In this document: positions 9,876 through 16,498 of the stretch, piece after piece
Layout of the letters: every line of letters starts with the position of its first letter
How positions within the stretch are numbered: position 1 is the first letter of the stretch
Assembly: GCA_963779755.1 (NCBI GenBank)
Contig: CAVZZO010000001.1
Location: 512,001-576,000 of the forward strand
Source of the DNA: an uncultured Gemmatimonadales bacterium
GTDB lineage: Bacteria > Gemmatimonadota > Gemmatimonadetes > Gemmatimonadales > GWC2-71-9
Direction: 5' to 3'
Length of the DNA: 64,000 bases
Notes under the pieces: generated by a model
The model's database searches: none
Told to the model about the DNA's origin: nothing
What the model saw: the letters and a program-made list of their open reading frames with translations, nothing else
Program-made: the position numbers and the translations under genes

Positions 9876-12800
9876 TTATCGCCCGGATACCCCGGCCCAC
9901 CTCCGGGTTGGCGAAATGGTTCCCGCCGATTCGAAGGGGCCGCAGGCATCGTCGCTCGCCTCGGCGCTGCCGAGGGCCAGGGTCACCGCGTCGCGGTAGG
10001 CCACCTGGCAGCCGGTGGTCCGGGCGTAGGAGCCGCTGCTGTCGAAGCCGCCGGCGGTAACCACCAGCTCGGTGTGAAGCTCCTGGATGCCCTCGCCTGC
10101 GACCAGCTCCCCGCCCGCTTCCGCCAGCCCCAGCCAGAACATCTGCGCCGGGAAACTGCCGAGCTGGTGGGGCGTGGGACTGGCCGTGCGGACCTCCCAG
10201 AGGGTGCCGCCGGTGGAGCGCATGTCCTGCGCGTAGCTCTTGCACAGGGCGCGCGGGTCGGTGGTGCCGGGGATGGTGTCGGTAAAGGGGCAGGGGAGCC
10301 AGGGACCGGTGGTGGCGGCGGTGGTGGTGAGCCGGTTGACCGCCACGACGATCCGGCCGCCCCGGGGGTCGAATGCCGTCCGGGCCGAGGCCACTTCGCT
10401 CGAGGTGGTGAGCGCCGCGGTACACTCGTAGGGGGTCACGGTGGGCTGGCCGTTGATTACGGTGTCGCGGCGCTCCTGGCGGAAACAGTCGGAGCCCGAG
10501 CCGGGATTGACGGACACGGGCAGGCTGGTGAGTGAGGTCCAGCCCGGGTGGTAGAGGGAGTAGAGCTGGATATCGAAGGTGGTGGTACTCCCGGTGGTGC
10601 TGCCCAGCACCCGCACCGCGCTGTCGTTGTCGTGGGAGACAATGAGCGAGCTGAGATAGGTGCCGCCCCAGAGCGTATCCGGCAGGGTGAAGGGCGGCCC
10701 CTCGTGCCAGGAACGGGAGCCCGCGTCGTAGAGGAACTCCCGATCGAAGTTCTGCGCGCCCACCAGGTCTATCCGGCGGCCGCCATGCCGCACGTTCACC
10801 AGGCCCGCGGCCTCGCCCAGATCGGCCAGCACTTCCACTCCGGTGCCGCGCCGGGCCAGGAGCTGGCCATGGGCGGTCCAGACGTGGGTGCCGCAGAGGG
10901 GGGTGCCGGGTCGCTCCCGGGAGAGCAGCGAGAGGGCGCCATAGGCGTCGAGCTGGTAGATGGATTCACTGCTGGGGAAGCCCGGCACCGGCTGGGCCGG
11001 CTCCACCTCTCCGGTGGTGGGGTTGAATTTCGGTTCCCGGGCGCCGCGGACGATGTAGTCCTTCACCTGGGCAGCGGTGAGTGTTGGATCCATGGCCCAG
11101 AGCAATGCGGCCACACCGGAGACGAACGGAGCGGCCAGGGAGGTGCCGTTGTCGGCTAGCACCCCTCCACCCGGAATGAGGGCTCCCACGGCCTCGGCGG
11201 GAGCAGCTATGGCGGTGGCGCCCAGGAACAGGTTGGAATTGGCCCATTTCTGTCCCTGCATATTCGTGCCGGCCACGAACATGATCTGATCCCGGAAGCG
11301 GGCGATCTCCGGCGGGGCGCCGCTCTGGAAGGGGGCGATCAGAGCCTGCAAAAGGCCGAGGTTATCACCTCGTGCGGCGAGGATGTCGTCGACAGTGAAA
11401 TCGCGTCCATTATTGTCCACGGATTGGACGATAAGGTTGCCAGCTGCCAGATAGTCATACAGGGCATGCTTCAATCGATCGACTTGATATGGGACGGTGC
11501 TTCCGACGGCCGCAGAGCTGTGTAGGATCTGGACTCCCTCGGCTTGCGCAGTTGGGAGAAGAGTCGCAGTGAGGTAATCGGTAATATCTTCCGGTACACT
11601 GTCACCATGGCCATAAGCAAAGAGATGGAGATCCGATCCCCAGATCATCCCGGCAATCCCTTTCATGTTGTTCCCGTCGGCCGCCAAAATGGACGCAACC
11701 TCCGTCCCATGCCGCAACCCAACGTCGGTAGTGTAATAACTGGGTGCTGGGACCAGAGGAAACCGCGCCGGTTCAGAGAGCGTAGCTGATGACAAGTCGA
11801 ATGAGGGATCGAAATGGAAGTCAATCACCCCCGCTCTAATACGTTCGTTGGTATACATGCCAGTTTCACAGCCCCATGCTAACGGTGCGCGGATCGCCAT
11901 TCGCGAACGCGTCACGTCTGTAGGCAATAACCAGTCACCACGCCCTGCACCGGTTCCATCTACCGGATAGCGGGTGTGAAATGTAATTCCGCTTCGGCGA
12001 CTCATCGGGGATGCATAGTCAAGACCGGGTTCCTCGTCATTGAGGCGGTGCAATAGCGCCTCGTATGCTTCCCAAGTTGGTCCAGGATCGGGAACGCGAA
12101 CGACATATTCTTCATTCGCTGGCCGGCCGCCGATGATCTCTGCATCGTATCGCTGAAAAAGGTCTCGGACTGTCACGCCGCCTGTAGAATCATCAAAGCG
12201 GATCACGAAGATGTTTCGATAGAAGACATTGACGGTGTCCCCCGGCGGAGCAATGACAATCGTCGTATCCCGGGGGAAGATGTCGAGCGGCGGCACCGCC
12301 GGGCGGCTGGTATCCGCATCTGAGGCTTCGGCATAGAGCACCAGCTGGAATCGCAGCACCCCCGAATGCACCGCCACCTCCACCCAGCGGATCTGCGAAG
12401 TATCCCCGGCCGCCAACTCGTCCTGGGGCGGCTGGGCCGCGAGCAGCGTGTCATAGCGCCACAGCACCGCGCCCGGCAGGCGCGGATCGGCGGCATCGAG
12501 CGCCGAGTCCGGATGCAGGAAGTTCAGGTAGTCCGCGGTCCACTGGTTCTGGGCTAGGCCGGGCGCTTCCAGCACCGTCAGGCTGTCCTCCCAGCCGTAG
12601 AGCCGGGCGGGCGCACGGAAGGGCTGCGAGGTCTGATTGGCCAGGGCCAGGGGGAGGCGCACCCGGTCGGCCGGACCGTCATACACCGGCGCCCCGGCCA
12701 GGACGGGCCGCACGCCGCCACACGCGGCGCCCGAGGCGGTCACGAAGGCGCTGTCGTCGTCCACGGTGATGGTCTCCCTGCCCCGGACCTCCACCTGGAA

Positions 12801-12956
12801 GCGGGCACAGCCTTGCTGCGCCACCGGATAGACCGGGCCGAGCGGTTTCTGGAGGGCCGGGGCTAGCGGGGTCCCCCGGCAGGCGAGCAGGGAGCAGAGG
12901 AGCAGGAGCATGCGGGCCTCACGTGAGGGGACAGGCACCCAGCCCGTTGGTGGCAC
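9876..12956 (-). CDS. S8 subtilisin-like serine protease lipoprotein, array copy C (intact)
   Basis: Lipobox LLAC, prodomain-like segment (RNIFVIRFDD...AEIIGG...YVVRVP), triad GVIDF / HGTEVASILAA / GTSLAAPFVSG, Cys-rich C-terminal domain. GTG start chosen by alignment with copies A and B. Confidence 0.9.
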   Translation of the reverse strand: MPPTGWVPVPSREARMLLLLCSLLACRGTPLAPALQKPLGPVYPVAQQGCARFQVEVRGRETITVDDDSAFVTASGAACGGVRPVLAGAPVYDGPADRVRLPLALANQTSQPFRAPARLYGWEDSLTVLEAPGLAQNQWTADYLNFLHPDSALDAADPRLPGAVLWRYDTLLAAQPPQDELAAGDTSQIRWVEVAVHSGVLRFQLVLYAEASDADTSRPAVPPLDIFPRDTTIVIAPPGDTVNVFYRNIFVIRFDDSTGGVTVRDLFQRYDAEIIGGRPANEEYVVRVPDPGPTWEAYEALLHRLNDEEPGLDYASPMSRRSGITFHTRYPVDGTGAGRGDWLLPTDVTRSRMAIRAPLAWGCETGMYTNERIRAGVIDFHFDPSFDLSSATLSEPARFPLVPAPSYYTTDVGLRHGTEVASILAADGNNMKGIAGMIWGSDLHLFAYGHGDSVPEDITDYLTATLLPTAQAEGVQILHSSAAVGSTVPYQVDRLKHALYDYLAAGNLIVQSVDNNGRDFTVDDILAARGDNLGLLQALIAPFQSGAPPEIARFRDQIMFVAGTNMQGQKWANSNLFLGATAIAAPAEAVGALIPGGGVLADNGTSLAAPFVSGVAALLWAMDPTLTAAQVKDYIVRGAREPKFNPTTGEVEPAQPVPGFPSSESIYQLDAYGALSLLSRERPGTPLCGTHVWTAHGQLLARRGTGVEVLADLGEAAGLVNVRHGGRRIDLVGAQNFDREFLYDAGSRSWHEGPPFTLPDTLWGGTYLSSLIVSHDNDSAVRVLGSTTGSTTTFDIQLYSLYHPGWTSLTSLPVSVNPGSGSDCFRQERRDTVINGQPTVTPYECTAALTTSSEVASARTAFDPRGGRIVVAVNRLTTTAATTGPWLPCPFTDTIPGTTDPRALCKSYAQDMRSTGGTLWEVRTASPTPHQLGSFPAQMFWLGLAEAGGELVAGEGIQELHTELVVTAGGFDSSGSYARTTGCQVAYRDAVTLALGSAEASDDACGPFESAGTISPTRRWAGVSGR

Positions 12957-13016
12957 AGGAGATCTCGGGAAGAGGAGTGGCCGGTAGTGGATCATGGACA
13001 CGGCCCTGCTGCGGAT

Positions 13017-13044
13017 AGCCTACCGCTGGGACCGCGGCTGTCAA
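13017..13044 (-). promoter_or_regulatory. Sigma70-type promoter TTGACA-N16-TAGGCT for S8 copy C
   Basis: Hexamers conserved while spacer bases differ from copies A and B. Confidence 0.7.
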
Positions 13045-13049
13045 GATCG

Positions 13050-13125
13050 GGTGGCGGTCAGCGGTGAGCGGTCAGCGGTGAGCGGTGAGCGGTCAGCGGT
13101 GAGCGGTGAGCGGTCAGGGGTGAGC
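13050..13125. repeat. Heptamer VNTR (GGTGAGC/GGTCAGC) x11, first unit degenerate
   Basis: Counted directly. Confidence 0.95.
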
Positions 13126-13329
13126 GCGGGTCTCCTCTCGACCTGTCGAGTGGCTGGGTCTCCGTCTCGAGGCTTGAAGCCCTCCAAGCGCCGCCGGCGG
13201 ATCGGTGGACAGGCTGAAGCCTGCCCTCGGCCCGACGATCCCTGAAGGGATGCCGGCAGGCGGGCGACGTCGCAGGCGCGCCCACGGGTCGCCGCCGGAG
13301 TATGACCCCTGGAGCGGGAGGCGCGGGGG
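13126..13329. repeat. Hairpin-rich inter-gene element of the S8 array, copy 3
   Basis: Near-identical to 9672-9875. Confidence 0.9.
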
Positions 13330-16314
13330 TTATCGCCCGGATATCCCGGCCCACCTCCGGGTTGGCGAATAGGAGCCGCTGCTGTCGAAGCCGCCGGCGG
13401 TAACCACCAGCTCGGTGTGGATCTCCTGGAGGCCCTCGCCGGCGACCAGCTCCCCGCCCGCCTCCGCCAGCCCCAGCCAGAACATCTGCGCCGGGAAACT
13501 GCCGAGCTGGTGGGGCGTGGGACTGGCCGTGCGGACCTCCCAGAGCGTGCCGCCGGTGGAGCGGACATCCTGCGTGTAGCTCTTGCAGAGGGCGCGCGGG
13601 TCGGTGGTGCCGGGGATGGTGTCGGTAAAGGGGCAGGGGAGCCAGGGGCCGGTGGTGGCGGCCGTGGTCGTCATCCGGTTCACCGCGACCACTACCCGAC
13701 CGCCCCGGGGGTCGAAGGCCGGCCGGGCCGAGGCGACATCGCTCGCGGTGGTGAGGGCCGCGGTACACTCATAGGGGGTCACGGTGGGCTGGCCGTTGAT
13801 CACCGTGTCGCGGCGCTCCTGGCGGAAACAGTCGGAGCCGGAGCCGGGATTGACGGATACCGGCAGGCTCGTGAGCGAGGTCCAGCCCGGGTGGTAGAGG
13901 GAGTAGAGCTGGATGTCGAAGGTGGTGGTGCTGCTGCCGAGCACCCGGACGGCGCTGTCGTTGTCGTGGGAGACAAAGAGCGAGCTGAGATAGGTGCCGC
14001 CCCAGAGGGTGTCGGGGAGGGTGAAGGGCGTTCCTTCCTGCCAGGATCGGGAGCCCGCGTCGTAGAGGAATTCCCGATCGAAGTTCTGCGCTCCCACCAG
14101 GTCTATCCGGCGCCCGCCGTGACGCACGTTCACCAGGCCCGCGGCCTCGCCCAGCTCGGCCAGGACCTCGACCCCGCTGCCCTGGCGGGCCAGGAGCTGG
14201 CCATTGGCGGTCCAGACGTGGGTGCCGCAGAGGGGGGTGCCGGGCCGCTCCCGGGAGAGCAGCGAGAGGGCGCCGTAGGCGTCGAGCTGGTAGACTCCGG
14301 GCGGTCCAGCTCCCAGCTGCTGCGGAGTAACCATGGTTCCTGTTTGCGGGTCGAATCTTGGGACCTGCGCGCCACGGAGGAGGAGGTCCTTGACCTGGAC
14401 CGCTGTAAGGGTCGGGTCGAACGTCAAGAGTTGGGCGATGGCCCCTGCCACGAACGGTGCGGAGTAGGAGGTACCGGTTCGAACGGAGGTCCCGCCGGGG
14501 AAATCATTGATTCGCGCCAGCGTTTCGATATCCACGGCTGGCGCGGCGATCTGGGTGGCTCCCTCCCAGACGTTGGAAGAGGCATAGTAGTTAGACCCAT
14601 CAGCGCCCGCGACGAAGATGATCTGTCCGGGGTAGCGGGAATAGAGCCGGGCAGCCGCCGCATCCAGGGCCGTCGCACGCGCGTCCTGTGTTGTCTGAAG
14701 TGCTGAGACGGAAATTACGGCACTATAATTCCCCGTGGCCATTACGAATGTGTTGCTGGGACTTGCAGACAGGTACCCTTCCAGTGCCTCAGCCAGCCGT
14801 GAGACGTGGGTCGTATCTTTGATAAACCCGGCCCCCACTGAGGTTAGCAGTACGGGAATACCAGCTCTTGCAGCACTGTCGAAGACTACAGTAAGGCGGC
14901 TAACAGGATCGTTCACCACGACCGTATCGTGGCCGTAGGCAAACAGATGCAGGTCACCGCCCCAGACCATGCCAGCAATGCCCTCCCCGTTGTCGCCGGT
15001 TGCAGCCAGAATGCCCGCGACAGCAGTACCGTGTGAACGGTATATGGCCCCGGCGGTCGCGTTGCCGTCGGGGGTCGGATCGGTCAGGAAGGCGCTGGGG
15101 ATTGTCGGTGCTGTGGGGAGTACTAAATGGATCTGCGATCCTTGAAAGTCTGGATGTGCGTTATCAAAGGTGAAATCAATGACACCAAGGCGTGCCTCTG
15201 TATTGGTGTAAGCGCCAGTCTCACAGCCCCAGGCCAAAGGGGCACGGACGGACATCCAAGGTCGGAGAGAAGGTGATCCCAAAACCCAATCCGCTCTCCT
15301 GTGCGATACCCCATCGATTGGAAGCCGGTACCGTGGGTCGAGCTTTCCTCGATAAGTGACTCCTGACACCCAGCGAACGGCGGGTTCCCTCACGATCATA
15401 TTGCGCAACGATTCCAAGTCTTCCCATCTGGTGCCGGGGTCAGGCACCTGAATCAGGTACGTACCATACCTGCCCTCCTGGGGTATGCCCCCAATGATCG
15501 TTGCGTGGTACCGTTGTAGAACCGTGCGAATGGCTGGTCCGGTTGCTGAATCCTCAAAGGCGACAATTAAGATGTTCCGGAAGTACAGGACACTTGCGTC
15601 ATCAGGATGGGGAACAACCAACGTGCTATCGAACGGATACGGGCCCACCGGGGGTACCGCAGGCCGGCTAGTATCCGCGTCCGCCGCCTCGGCATAGAGT
15701 ACCAGCTGGAACTTCAGCACCCCTGAGTGCACCGCCAGCTCCACCCAACGCACCTGCGAACTCGCGCCCGCCGCAAGCTCGTCCTTGGGCGGCTGGGCCG
15801 AGAGCAGCGTGTCGTAGCGCCACAGGACCGCGCCGGGAAGCTGCGGGTCAGTGGCATCGAGCGCGGAGTCCGGGGACAGGAAATCGAGGTAGTCCGCGGT
15901 CCATTCATTCTGGGCCAGGCCCGGCGCTTCCAGCACCGTCAGGCTGTCCTCCCAGCCGTAGAGCCGGGCCGGGGCGCGGAAGGGCTGTGCGGTCTGGTTG
16001 GCCAGAGCCATTGGAATGCGTACCCGGTCGGCCGGGCCGTCATAGACCGGGGTTCCCGCCAGCACCGGCCGCACTCCGCCACAGGCGGCGCCCGAGGCGG
16101 TCACGAAGGCGCTGTCGTCCTCCACCGCGATAGTTTCCTTGCCCCGGACCTCCACCTGGAAGCGGGCGCAGCCCTGCTGGGCCACCGGATAGACCGGGCC
16201 GAGCGGTTTCTGGAGGGCCGTCCCTGGTTTCCCACGGCAGGCAAGGAGGGAGCAGAGGAGCAAGAGGATGCACGGCTCGAGGGAGCGGTCGGGCAAACGC
16301 CGCGTTGGCGCCAC
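13330..16314 (-). CDS. S8 subtilisin-like serine protease lipoprotein, array copy D (most divergent core; in-frame 37-codon C-terminal deletion)
   Basis: Lipobox LLAC, triad GVIDF / HGTAVAGILAA / GTSYSAPFVAG, oxyanion motif ATGN. Flanks near-identical to copy C. Start may instead be ATG 16320. Confidence 0.88.
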   Translation of the reverse strand: MAPTRRLPDRSLEPCILLLLCSLLACRGKPGTALQKPLGPVYPVAQQGCARFQVEVRGKETIAVEDDSAFVTASGAACGGVRPVLAGTPVYDGPADRVRIPMALANQTAQPFRAPARLYGWEDSLTVLEAPGLAQNEWTADYLDFLSPDSALDATDPQLPGAVLWRYDTLLSAQPPKDELAAGASSQVRWVELAVHSGVLKFQLVLYAEAADADTSRPAVPPVGPYPFDSTLVVPHPDDASVLYFRNILIVAFEDSATGPAIRTVLQRYHATIIGGIPQEGRYGTYLIQVPDPGTRWEDLESLRNMIVREPAVRWVSGVTYRGKLDPRYRLPIDGVSHRRADWVLGSPSLRPWMSVRAPLAWGCETGAYTNTEARLGVIDFTFDNAHPDFQGSQIHLVLPTAPTIPSAFLTDPTPDGNATAGAIYRSHGTAVAGILAATGDNGEGIAGMVWGGDLHLFAYGHDTVVVNDPVSRLTVVFDSAARAGIPVLLTSVGAGFIKDTTHVSRLAEALEGYLSASPSNTFVMATGNYSAVISVSALQTTQDARATALDAAAARLYSRYPGQIIFVAGADGSNYYASSNVWEGATQIAAPAVDIETLARINDFPGGTSVRTGTSYSAPFVAGAIAQLLTFDPTLTAVQVKDLLLRGAQVPRFDPQTGTMVTPQQLGAGPPGVYQLDAYGALSLLSRERPGTPLCGTHVWTANGQLLARQGSGVEVLAELGEAAGLVNVRHGGRRIDLVGAQNFDREFLYDAGSRSWQEGTPFTLPDTLWGGTYLSSLFVSHDNDSAVRVLGSSTTTFDIQLYSLYHPGWTSLTSLPVSVNPGSGSDCFRQERRDTVINGQPTVTPYECTAALTTASDVASARPAFDPRGGRVVVAVNRMTTTAATTGPWLPCPFTDTIPGTTDPRALCKSYTQDVRSTGGTLWEVRTASPTPHQLGSFPAQMFWLGLAEAGGELVAGEGLQEIHTELVVTAGGFDSSGSYSPTRRWAGISGR

Positions 16315-16375
16315 AGGCATTTCCGGGGAGAGGTGGGCCGGCGACCGATCCAGGGACACCTGCTCTACTGGTGTG

Positions 16376-16403
16376 AGCCTACCGCCGGGAACGCGGCTGT
16401 CAA
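16376..16403 (-). promoter_or_regulatory. Sigma70-type promoter TTGACA-N16-TAGGCT for S8 copy D
   Basis: Same motif; only one heptamer-like unit (GGTGAGT) lies next to it. Confidence 0.7.
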
Positions 16404-16498
16404 GATCGGGTGAGTGGGGGGGCTGCTCTGGCCTCCGGCCTCCAGGCTTCCTATCCTGTTAACGTTCTCCGGTTCGATTCCCTGACCCTGAGCCCCCC

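Noticed and set aside
7670..13329. Integron cassette array
   Set aside because: No integrase is visible, each gene has its own promoter, the genes are paralogs, and I could not identify attC R boxes bounding the element.
4370..16314. Diversity-generating retroelement behind the S8 variation
   Set aside because: Differences include many C/T and G/C synonymous changes over about 0.75-1.4 kb, not adenine-specific changes in a short VR, and no reverse transcriptase is in the window.
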